Below, one piece after another: positions 35,349-43,538 of a stretch of 64,000 bases of DNA (positions are counted from its first letter, which is position 1; every line of letters begins with the position of its first letter). Where the stretch lies: positions 2,238-66,237 of the forward strand of contig MGVE01000013.1 in NCBI GenBank assembly GCA_001800315.1. The letters are read 5' to 3'. The DNA is from Elusimicrobia bacterium RIFOXYA2_FULL_47_53. GTDB taxonomy: Bacteria > Elusimicrobiota > Endomicrobiia > Endomicrobiales > XYA2-FULL-47-53. The position numbers were made by a program, and so were the translations under genes. Under the pieces are notes generated by a model, which was not told the origin of the DNA, searched no databases, and saw only the letters and a list, made by a program, of their open reading frames with translations.

Positions 35349-36020
35349 TTATTTCTTTATTTTTAGTGCCGCGATGCCGAACAATCCGGTTCCAAGAAGG
35401 AACAGGGTTGCCGGTTCAGGGATAGGCCTGGGAAAACCGCCGGCGCTGCTGGTCTTGGGCGAGAAATCGTCTTTCCAGTCAATCATTCCATTTTTGTTTG
35501 TATCGGCAAGAGCGAAGAAATGGTCTCCCTCGGTCATGATGCCGGTGTATGAAATAGGAGCCGTGAACATATAATAGGTTTTATTGTCCAAGTCGTTTGT
35601 GGTCTGCCAGAGGGACTGGGTTTTAGGAAGCAGAGTATTGTAATAAATGCAAGAGGGATTGTTGTATCCATCTATCTGATGATCCACATTCTGGGTAAGC
35701 GCAAGCTGCTGGTTGTTAAAGTAGAGAGGAAAATTGTCGCCGCCCGTGTTTGAAATAAAGTATATGTCGTTCAGCCATGGCACATAAGAAGTGAATACGG
35801 TAAGGTTTGAGCCGGAAGGCCCGATAACAAAACCATGGTAATCGGGGTTCGCGGCGGGAACTATGGTATCGGCGAAATACTGTATATAAGTCCAGTTGAC
35901 GGCATCCGCGTCAGCATACGCGTAAGTACCCGCGGCTACACCCAGCGAAGGAGTAGCGTTTACCGGAACCGTCAAAAATAATGCCGCTGCCGCAACCAAA
36001 AACAAAAAGATTCTCTTCAT
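35349..36020 (-). CDS. PEP-CTERM sorting-domain protein
   Basis: Preferred start is MKRIFLFLVAAAALFL (36020), with AAGGGGAAG upstream. C-terminus PIPEPATLFLLGTGLFGIAALKIKK. Confidence 0.85.
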   Translation of the reverse strand: MKRIFLFLVAAAALFLTVPVNATPSLGVAAGTYAYADADAVNWTYIQYFADTIVPAANPDYHGFVIGPSGSNLTVFTSYVPWLNDIYFISNTGGDNFPLYFNNQQLALTQNVDHQIDGYNNPSCIYYNTLLPKTQSLWQTTNDLDNKTYYMFTAPISYTGIMTEGDHFFALADTNKNGMIDWKDDFSPKTSSAGGFPRPIPEPATLFLLGTGLFGIAALKIKK

Positions 36021-36293
36021 TAAACTTCCCCTTTTAGACACATATTCCACAAGATGACAACCCATGATTTACAGCGGACACAGCAAAAACAAAAAACGAA
36101 CAGACTCCCCCGAAAGGAAAGGGCCGCTTAAAGCTGCGGCCAAATGTTACTTAATTAATCCAAATTTGTCAACGCCCTGCCAGACTGCGTACAATTTGAT
36201 AAATAATATTACAAAACAAGAAACCAGGTTGTCAACAAACCGGGTTTCTTGTTTATGCCACTGATAAGAATTTTTTATCGTCTGAGGTGTTTT

Positions 36294-36620
36294 TTATCTG
36301 AAATAGTACCTTACGGGTTTGCTATCGCTTTCAGCGGAATAGCTGACGCGGCTGGGGCGCGAACCATTGTCCGTTTTTATCACAGCGTAGACTCTCTTGA
36401 GCGAAATATTGAACAGTTCGGCTAATTCCTGAGCGGTTTTGCCCTGTTTGCTGAACTTTTTAATCGCGGCGTTTCTATGGACAAGAAATTGTTTATCCCT
36501 GAAACCATAATTGCCCCTTTTGGGTATCCAGATTCTCTTTCCCCCAAACTCGGCAATCAGTTTTTTATAGTTTTTCTCATCAAGCACCTCGCGCAAATGC
36601 TTCACGGGGATTACCTCCAT
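36294..36620 (-). CDS. Mor-like / HTH DNA-binding transcriptional regulator
   Basis: 108 aa. LIAEFGGKRIWIPK followed by a helix-turn-helix GKTAQELAELFNISLKRVYAVIK, the layout I recall for the Mu Mor activator family. Confidence 0.5.
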   Translation of the reverse strand: MEVIPVKHLREVLDEKNYKKLIAEFGGKRIWIPKRGNYGFRDKQFLVHRNAAIKKFSKQGKTAQELAELFNISLKRVYAVIKTDNGSRPSRVSYSAESDSKPVRYYFR

Positions 36621-36740
36621 TGTGTATTATGGTTATGGCAATTCCCATGGTAAAACAGTAAAACTAATTGTGAAATAGTTGTGAAATGCTCAACAACTTA
36701 CTGCATTTAGGGACATCACAAACCCGAAAAAACGAAGCCT

Positions 36741-36890
36741 GCCGTCATCCGAATGTTTCTGCATGGAATCCATCAAGGCCTATCATCCCAGAACCGTTCA
36801 GTCTGGGATCCAGAAAAATCTCTGGATACCAGCTTCCGCTGGTATGACGACACAGAAGCGCCGTTCACTTAAAGCTTACAACTTGAGTCA
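36741..36890. repeat. Hairpin-repeat array D (inverted orientation relative to array B)
   Basis: 36741-36815 aligns with the reverse complement of 20601-20675. It also carries the ataccagc/gctggtat hairpin and the cacttaaagcttacaactt module. Confidence 0.75.
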
Positions 36891-37039
36891 ATTGCGAGTA
36901 TTACACCCCCGGGGTGGAATTCGGGAACAGAACTGTTGTTCTTTTCCCGCATGGATTTCAGCGGCTTCAGTATGTTTCTGGAGTTTAGTGAGGCTGGAAT
37001 GCCTTAACTTTCATTGGCGGGAGATTACGAAACACCGAA

Positions 37040-37837
37040 TCAATTACGGGCGAGACGAATTATTCTGACAGAGCCGAGCGTCACGGCAACTGCGATAAAA
37101 AAACCAATAATCAAATCCGGCAGGTTGGATTTCAGCAAATACACAAGTATACCCGCCATTATAATGCCGGCATTTACCAGCACATCGTTAGCGGAAAATA
37201 TCCAGCTTGCTTTCATATGCGTCTCTCCGTGTCGGTGCGGGGTTATCAGGTAAAGGCAGTACGCGTTGGCAAGAAGGGCCGCGCATGAAACGGTAATCAT
37301 GGCAACGGATACAGGGTCGCTGCCGTATATGAATTTACCTATGACCTGAGCAAAAAGGACAACAGCCAGCGTCAGCTGGGCAAGCCCGCTGAATAGAGTC
37401 ACGCGGTTTTTCGCGCTTTGAGCCCTGCCTACGGCGTAGAGAGCGAGCGAATAAACGCTCGCGTCGGCCAGCATGTCCAGGCCGTCCCCGAACAAACCCA
37501 TAGAGTCAAAAATTATACCGGCTGCCACCTCAGCAAAAAACATTGCCGCGTTTATCGCGAGCAGAATTATCAGGGTGCGGCGCTGGGCCTCATCGGTCCC
37601 GGGAACAACAACTGCTCCGGTATACTGCGCGCTTGACACCAGTTGCGCGTCCAAAGACAGCTCATTAATCTTGTTGATTACGGTTTCGGCTTCTATTTCA
37701 TGATATACCGTGAGCGATTTGGCGGGAATATCAAACTCCAGAAGCTTTATGCCGGCGATTCCCGACAAAACTCCGCGGATCTGAACCTCTTCGGAGGGGC
37801 AGTCCATCTTGTTTACCAGCAAAGTTGTTTTAAGCAT
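37040..37837 (-). CDS. HMA-domain-fused cation-diffusion-facilitator-like metal exporter (TMD only)
   Basis: 265 aa. N-terminal ferredoxin-like HMA domain with the single-Cys variant NKMDCPSEEVQIR. Six TM helices follow, with DGLDMLADASVY (TM2 D..D site) and FSANDVLVNAG (TM5). No C-terminal cytoplasmic domain. Confidence 0.6.
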   Translation of the reverse strand: MLKTTLLVNKMDCPSEEVQIRGVLSGIAGIKLLEFDIPAKSLTVYHEIEAETVINKINELSLDAQLVSSAQYTGAVVVPGTDEAQRRTLIILLAINAAMFFAEVAAGIIFDSMGLFGDGLDMLADASVYSLALYAVGRAQSAKNRVTLFSGLAQLTLAVVLFAQVIGKFIYGSDPVSVAMITVSCAALLANAYCLYLITPHRHGETHMKASWIFSANDVLVNAGIIMAGILVYLLKSNLPDLIIGFFIAVAVTLGSVRIIRLARN

Positions 37838-38094
37838 TTATTTCCTTCCAAAAGTCGTAAAATACCGGAACGCTGAAGGGGTGGAGCGGAGAGGAGTTAA
37901 TAGCGCGCGCCGCGCTTAGAAAGGAGACATCGTCAATATGGAAAAGTTTGGCTATAAAAGACAGGTAAGCGGCAAGAGAATACAATACTATTGAGAGGAG
38001 AGGATGCTCTGTCAGCCATTTGTTTGACGAAACATATATTGTTGACTTTTTCATTGGCAATCCAAAATTTGATTCAATTGAAAAACCCTTAAAA

Positions 38095-38215
38095 ATGCCC
38101 TGTCGTTGCGATCTCCCAAAGGGAAAGAAGCAATCGCGATGTTAAGACGAGATTGCTTCCCGCCACTGAACCTTCGGCGGACTGTCGCGTCGTTGCACTC
38201 CTCGCAAAGACGGGC
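38095..38215. repeat. Hairpin-repeat fragment E
   Basis: gtcgttgcgatctcccaaagggaaagaagcaatc is the inverted form of the gattgcttctctcccttcgggagatcgcaatgac module. cgccactgaaccttcggcgg matches 26311-26335. Confidence 0.6.
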
Positions 38216-38500
38216 TGAAACACTTTTTCAACTGAATCAATATATTAATCATCACGGCGCGGTTGCGAAAGTATACGGGTAATTCACGAATAACAGACTC
38301 ATTATTCCCAGATCCTCAGATAGCGCCCAGGGGTTAACGGTGAAGATTTCACCGGACAGGCAAAGTCACCCTGAATGAAGTGAATGGGTCTCGCTTTTCA
38401 TCCCACGACGAGATTCTTCGTCCGCCGCGGCGGACTCAGAAGGACCGTGCCGCCCTGCCGGAGGATTAGGGTTATTGAACGCCGCGCTCAGGCCGGCCGG

Positions 38501-39802
38501 TTAAGCGCTGACCTGCCTGGAAATATCTCTTTTCCCGAGGCCGCCCGTAACCAGATTGCGCAAAAGATGCGGCCGACTGAGCAGCCAAACGGTACGCTCA
38601 AAAAGTTTTCCGGGAAGCCTTCTTTTGAAATATCCGGAAAGCGCTTCGTATGAGCCGCGCACGCCCTCTTCCAGCTCGGCGGGCGTCATGTTTTTCGGGA
38701 CAAACATGGCGTTAGACCAGCCGTAATGAGTCCGGTCTTTGCTTTCAAGCAGGCGGCCTTCGGCCTTAAATTGTTCAAAAAGCTTTGTTCCCGGATAGAG
38801 CGTGAGAATATACATATGCACATCGTCAATATCAATTTCTTTTATCACCTCAACGGTGCGGCTGAATATATCTTTATCGTCGGTGTCAAAACCGAACATA
38901 AAAAAGCCCGTCACAAGAATCTTGTGTCTGTGCAGTTTGGCTATAATGCCTTTATATTTTTCTATGCTGTTCTGCCGAATATCTGCCCACTCAAGCGATT
39001 TTGGATTGACGGTCTGAAAACCTATCTGAACATTAAAACAGCCCGCGTCCGCCATTTTTTTCAGCAAAACTTCGTTGTCGGCGATGGTTGTCGGGGCCTG
39101 AATGGACCAGTCCTTCTTTAAAGGCGCTATTCTGTCAAACAGCTCCATGGCGTAGCTCTGGTCCGCGAAAAGGTTATCGTCAACAAAAAAAATCGTTTTC
39201 TGCTTAATATTTTTGATTTCCTCATAGACCAGGTTTATATCCCTTTTCCGGTAGGCGCTCCAGGGCACGCTCGGCAGGTAGCAGTATTTGCATATGTTAG
39301 GACAGCCGCGCGTCGCCTGAACGCAGGCGACCCAGGATTTTTCGTTTAAAAGCTCTCTCTTGGGAAAGGGTACATCGTTCATATCCACTATTTTGTCGCT
39401 TCTATATATTCTTTTCAGCGTTCCCGCTCGCGCATCCTCTAAAAGACCTTTCCACACATATTCAACCTCGCCCGCGACAACTGCATCGCAATGCTCAAGG
39501 CATTCTTCCGGAAGCAGAGTCGGGTGAACGCCGCCGAAAACAACTTTCGCGCCCGTCTTTCTGAAAGCATCTGCTATCTTATAGGCCTGCTGGGAGGTAA
39601 AGGTAGTTACGGTTATGCCGACAAGGTCAAACTTATCCTTAAAAGGTATCTCATCCCAGTCGTTATCAATAACGGTTACCTTGTGGCCCTCGGACAAAGC
39701 CGCGATAATGCCCAGATGTATCGGGGTAAACCTGATGTTGTCAAGCATCCGGTATATCCCGCCCTTTATAAACCATTTAGGCTTGACAAGAAGAATATTC
39801 AT
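38501..39802 (-). CDS. B12-binding-domain radical SAM enzyme (class B)
   Basis: 433 aa. N-terminal Rossmann-like cobalamin-binding region (KVTVIDNDWD...VGITVTTF...VVFGGVHPT). Radical SAM cluster motif ATRGCPNICKYCYLP. Confidence 0.8.
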   Translation of the reverse strand: MNILLVKPKWFIKGGIYRMLDNIRFTPIHLGIIAALSEGHKVTVIDNDWDEIPFKDKFDLVGITVTTFTSQQAYKIADAFRKTGAKVVFGGVHPTLLPEECLEHCDAVVAGEVEYVWKGLLEDARAGTLKRIYRSDKIVDMNDVPFPKRELLNEKSWVACVQATRGCPNICKYCYLPSVPWSAYRKRDINLVYEEIKNIKQKTIFFVDDNLFADQSYAMELFDRIAPLKKDWSIQAPTTIADNEVLLKKMADAGCFNVQIGFQTVNPKSLEWADIRQNSIEKYKGIIAKLHRHKILVTGFFMFGFDTDDKDIFSRTVEVIKEIDIDDVHMYILTLYPGTKLFEQFKAEGRLLESKDRTHYGWSNAMFVPKNMTPAELEEGVRGSYEALSGYFKRRLPGKLFERTVWLLSRPHLLRNLVTGGLGKRDISRQVSA

Positions 39803-41025
39803 TTTCCCGTCAGGGCTCCCACCGCGCTTTTAAAATAATCTTTCATTTTATTTATGACGCGGCCTCGCTCCGGCAGGCTTTGAGCAGTTTTCTCAGTATT
39901 AAACAAAGAGCTCCACGGCTCGCGCCTTGAAATAAAATTAATGAACCTGTCGGCGTTTTTGTTCTGCATTTCCTCGTGTTCCGACCTGGTATTCTCGTCC
40001 TCGGGTTCAAAGAAGCAGTTCGGGTCGGATTCAAGGTAATCGCCGGTCTTGTAATATGCCACGGCGCGGCAGCCGCCGCAGGTGGACTTATACCTGCATT
40101 TGCCGCACTTGCCCTTCAGAGAGTTTCTTTCCCGAAGGCTTAAAAGCACGGCGTTGGTGTTTAATATGGAAAGAAGCGGCGTTTCGCGCACATTGCCGCA
40201 TTTGACTTCGCTGTCAAGCAGCTGCACGCAGGGCGCGACATCTCCCTCGGCGTTAATGCCGACAAAACCTTTCGCGGCCTGACAGCCGAACTGCCCTATG
40301 CTTACATTGAGCTGTTTTTGTTTGGCTTCAAGAAATTCAGGGCCGGCGAAGAAGGGAGCGTAGCTTACATAGGAAAGATGATAGTCCCGCAAAACCGGAT
40401 GGATGACATCTTTCATGTCCTGCGACGAGAACAGGAGTTCGGAATAGTCTTTTCCGGAACCGCGAAGCACGAAAGGCGACCTGAGCACCGGTATGCCTTT
40501 GCTCTTAAGAAACCCTATGGTCTCTTTAAAGGTATGCAGGTTGCTCTTGCTAATGGTTGAAATGAAGAAAAAATTTATTTTTTCGCCGGCGCAGAGTTTG
40601 GCGGCCTTAACAACGGTATTAAGGCTGTCGTCGCGGCTCCATTCATGTATTTTGGACTCAAGCGAATTGAGCGAAAACACAAAAATAACTTTATTGTCCG
40701 TGGCCTCTTTAATTTTTAGAAGCAGCCCCTTGTCAAGTTTGGTGGCGTTAGTGTTGATAAACGACCACATCCCTTTCCGCGCGGTATAACCGAGAATTTC
40801 AAGAGCGTCGGGCCTGAGCAGAAACTCGCCGCCCGAGAACGCCATCGCCGGATGCGAGCAGTAATCCTTAAGCTGGTCAATGACCAGGCGCTTAATCTCC
40901 TCCGTGGTAAGCTCGGCGCCGCGCGGCTTATTGGTTGTCCTGGTCATACAGTAGGGGCAGTTGAGATTGCACTCACGGGTAGTCTCAAAATAACATAAAA
41001 AGAATTTCTTTCGCTCTGACAGCAT
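39799..41025 (-). CDS. Radical SAM enzyme with C-terminal SPASM/twitch-type auxiliary-cluster domain
   Basis: 408 aa. N-terminal TRECNLNCPYCM (CX3CX2C). C-terminal cysteines GCQAAKG...APCVQL...CGKCRYKSTCGGCRAVAY, followed by a roughly 70-aa extension. Confidence 0.8.
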   Translation of the reverse strand: MLSERKKFFLCYFETTRECNLNCPYCMTRTTNKPRGAELTTEEIKRLVIDQLKDYCSHPAMAFSGGEFLLRPDALEILGYTARKGMWSFINTNATKLDKGLLLKIKEATDNKVIFVFSLNSLESKIHEWSRDDSLNTVVKAAKLCAGEKINFFFISTISKSNLHTFKETIGFLKSKGIPVLRSPFVLRGSGKDYSELLFSSQDMKDVIHPVLRDYHLSYVSYAPFFAGPEFLEAKQKQLNVSIGQFGCQAAKGFVGINAEGDVAPCVQLLDSEVKCGNVRETPLLSILNTNAVLLSLRERNSLKGKCGKCRYKSTCGGCRAVAYYKTGDYLESDPNCFFEPEDENTRSEHEEMQNKNADRFINFISRREPWSSLFNTEKTAQSLPERGRVINKMKDYFKSAVGALTGK

Positions 41026-41089
41026 AGTGTATAGGCCTCGTTAAATATATTTACGGAAAGGCCCGACAGCGGCCTCGCACAGAAAATAT

Positions 41090-41118
41090 ATTGTATCTTT
41101 TTGCCCTGTATTTAGCAA
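41090..41118 (-). promoter_or_regulatory. Possible sigma70-like promoter for the two radical-SAM genes
   Basis: On the minus strand: TTGCTA (41118-41113), a 17-nt spacer, then TACAAT (41095-41090), about 65 nt upstream of the ATG at 41025. Confidence 0.3.
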
Positions 41119-41179
41119 TTGACTTCTCGGAAAGTGCCCAGGCGGATGGGATAAAAAACATACTGGACGGCGGGGATCA

Positions 41180-41572
41180 TCATAACGACGCTATCGTGAC
41201 ATTTTTAATGCGCTCTCTAATGGTGCCTTCCAGCTCAAGAATTATACACCGCAGAGAACAAGAAGCGCGGTTACCGCACAATTTCTTTCCGAACAGGCAA
41301 TCGCCCAGGCTCACTGGCCCCTGAAACATAATCATAATATCAACCAGCAGTATCTTGTCCAAGGGAGTAGTTAAAACAAAACCTCCCCCCTTGCCTTTGG
41401 TAGATGTCAAGGGGCCCTTCCTGGCAAGCACCTGGAGGATCTTTCTTACAAAAGCCACCGGTATGCCCAGCTCTTTTGAAAGCTCAATAGAAGCCGCGGA
41501 CCTGCCTGGCTTTTCGGCTATCGCCTTCAATATTCTTATAGCGTAATCGGTTTCTCTGGTGATTAATTTCAT
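41180..41572 (-). CDS. Rrf2-family transcriptional regulator (Fe-S-type, NsrR/IscR-like)
   Basis: 130 aa. N-terminal MKLITRETDYAIRILKAI winged helix. C-terminal Cys cluster CLFGKKLCGNRASCSLRC. Confidence 0.85.
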   Translation of the reverse strand: MKLITRETDYAIRILKAIAEKPGRSAASIELSKELGIPVAFVRKILQVLARKGPLTSTKGKGGGFVLTTPLDKILLVDIMIMFQGPVSLGDCLFGKKLCGNRASCSLRCIILELEGTIRERIKNVTIASL

Positions 41573-41667
41573 AACATTCCCGTCTGTTATAATACAACTT
41601 GGGTACTATTTTGTCAATGCATAATATTTTACAAAAATATTCCCTGCATAAATATTTTTACTGCACC

Positions 41668-41697
41668 TTGACATAATAATACTATTTTGGTATTATT
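41668..41697 (+). promoter_or_regulatory. hcp promoter with overlapping 23-bp palindromic operator candidate
   Basis: TTGACA (41668-41673), a 17-nt spacer, then TATTAT (41691-41696). The 11-1-11 imperfect palindrome AATAATACTAT-T-TTGGTATTATT (41675-41697) covers the spacer and the -10 element. RBS AGGAG lies upstream of the ATG at 41747. Confidence 0.45.
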
Positions 41698-41746
41698 CAA
41701 ATGAACTTTAAAATGCCCTGAAGCTTCAGGGAACAGGAGAAGATTA

Positions 41747-43405
41747 ATGGATATGTTTTGCAGGCAGTGCGAACAAACAGCAAAAGGCGGAAAATGCGTA
41801 CAGCACGGGGTTTGCGGAAAAAGCCCCGCGGTATCTACTTTGCAGGACCTTACGGTGCAGGCCCTCATAGGCCTGGCGAGCTACGGCAAGATGGCGCGCG
41901 AACTCGGCATAAAGGACAAGGCAGCGGATAAATTGATCGTTGAAGGCCTTTTTACCACGGTTACGAATGTCAATTTTGACGAGGAACGCCTCTCAACGAT
42001 AATTCACGCGATAGTAGCGGCAAGAGAGAATGTCAAGAAAGCATTCCTTGAGGAATATCAGCGGAAAAATAAAAAGGCTTTCACCGCGAAACTCAGCCCC
42101 GTCGCGGACTGGCAGCCGGCGAGCACCATTGACGGCTTACTGGAGCAGAAAAGCGAAACGGAGCTATTTTTCAGCGACAACGAGGATATCCGCAGCCTTC
42201 TTGAGATAATACTCTACGGGCTCAAAGGCATGGCGGCCTACGCCGACCACGCTTTTATCTTAGGTAAAACCGACGAAACGGTAATGGGAGCGCTCTACAA
42301 AGGCCTCGCGGCCATGCAGGACAAGACGCTTTCAGCAGATGCCCTTGTCGCGCTCGCGATGGAGCTGGGACAGGCGAACCTGAAATGTATGGAACTTCTT
42401 GACAACGCCCATACATCAACTTTCGGAAACCCGACCCCAACAAAAGTGACGACCGGAGTCAAAAAGGGCCCCGCCATAATAATTTCGGGGCACGATCTTC
42501 ACGACCTTAAACAGCTCCTTGAGCAGACAAAGGGAACCGGGGTAAATATCTACACGCACGGCGAGATGCTTCCCGCGCACGGATATCCCGAACTGAATAA
42601 ATACCCTCACCTCGCGGGGCATTTCGGAACGGCGTGGCAGAACCAGCAGAAAGAGTTTGACGGAGTGCCGGCCGCGATACTTTTCTCAACCAACTGCATA
42701 CAGCGCCCCATGCATTCCTATAAAGACAGGCTGTTTACTACCGGCCTGGTGGCGTGGCCGGAAATTGAACATATTGAAGAATCCAACGGCAAGAAAGATT
42801 TCAGCGCCGTAATCAAAAAAGCCGTAGCCCTCGGAGGGTTCTCAAACAGCACTACGGGCAAAGAGCTTCTGGTGGGATTCGGGCACAACACCATATTAAG
42901 CTTGGCCGACAAAATAATAGCGGCGGTAAAAAACAAAACCATCAGGCATTTTTTCCTCATAGGAGGCTGCGACGGAGCAAGGCCCGGCCGCAACTATTAC
43001 ACCGAGTTCGCTCAAAAGGTGCCCGCCGACAGCATAATACTGACGCTGGCCTGCGGAAAATTCCGCTTCAACGACCTGGACTTCGGCACTGTGGGAGAAT
43101 TTCCGAGGCTTCTTGACATAGGCCAGTGCAACGACGCATACTCGGCGATAAAAGTCGCGGCCGCTTTGGCCAAGGCTTTCAACTGCGGGCTAAACGAACT
43201 GCCGCTCTCGCTGATACTGTCGTGGTACGAACAGAAAGCCGTTGTAATTCTCCTCACACTGCTTTCGCTCGGGATAAAAAACATACGCCTCGGGCCGACG
43301 CTTCCGGCGTTTATTTCCCCCAATGTGCTTAACATTCTTGTTGAGAAGTTCGCGATAAAACCCATAACAACTCCGGAAGAGGATTTAACCCAAATTTTGC
43401 AATAA
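41747..43405 (+). CDS. hcp: Hybrid-cluster protein / hydroxylamine reductase
   Basis: 552 aa. N-terminal MFCRQCEQTAKGGKCVQHGVCGK Cys motif. Overall length and internal motifs (GHDLHDL, GQCNDAYSA) are typical of Hcp. Confidence 0.9.
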   Translation: MDMFCRQCEQTAKGGKCVQHGVCGKSPAVSTLQDLTVQALIGLASYGKMARELGIKDKAADKLIVEGLFTTVTNVNFDEERLSTIIHAIVAARENVKKAFLEEYQRKNKKAFTAKLSPVADWQPASTIDGLLEQKSETELFFSDNEDIRSLLEIILYGLKGMAAYADHAFILGKTDETVMGALYKGLAAMQDKTLSADALVALAMELGQANLKCMELLDNAHTSTFGNPTPTKVTTGVKKGPAIIISGHDLHDLKQLLEQTKGTGVNIYTHGEMLPAHGYPELNKYPHLAGHFGTAWQNQQKEFDGVPAAILFSTNCIQRPMHSYKDRLFTTGLVAWPEIEHIEESNGKKDFSAVIKKAVALGGFSNSTTGKELLVGFGHNTILSLADKIIAAVKNKTIRHFFLIGGCDGARPGRNYYTEFAQKVPADSIILTLACGKFRFNDLDFGTVGEFPRLLDIGQCNDAYSAIKVAAALAKAFNCGLNELPLSLILSWYEQKAVVILLTLLSLGIKNIRLGPTLPAFISPNVLNILVEKFAIKPITTPEEDLTQILQ

Positions 43406-43436
43406 AGAGCAGGCGGCTTATTGTGGAAGCAAAACA

Positions 43437-43485
43437 ATACCCCGAAAGAATCCTTCACAGGATTTCTTCGGGGTATGCGTTTTTC
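43437..43485 (+). terminator. Intrinsic terminator after hcp
   Basis: 10-bp stem ataccccgaa/ttcggggtat (43437-43446 / 43467-43476) with an inner gaatcc/ggattt stem, followed by GCGTTTTT. Confidence 0.6.
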
Positions 43486-43538
43486 AACGGTACAGGCGAG
43501 GCAAAACCGGCATATGTTCCGCTTCGCCGATTCCGCGA

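Noticed and set aside
37830-38060. 76-aa ORF overlapping the start of the HMA-CDF gene by 8 nt
   Set aside because: It has one hydrophobic segment and its position is plausible, but it has no motif and no clear RBS. I could not decide between a real small membrane protein and chance, so I left it uncalled.
38252-38302. 16-codon ORF (MSLLFVNYPYTFATAP) downstream of the B12 radical-SAM gene, considered as a RiPP precursor candidate
   Set aside because: It is too short to evaluate and lies downstream rather than upstream of the enzymes, next to repeat modules. Without conservation data it is indistinguishable from chance.
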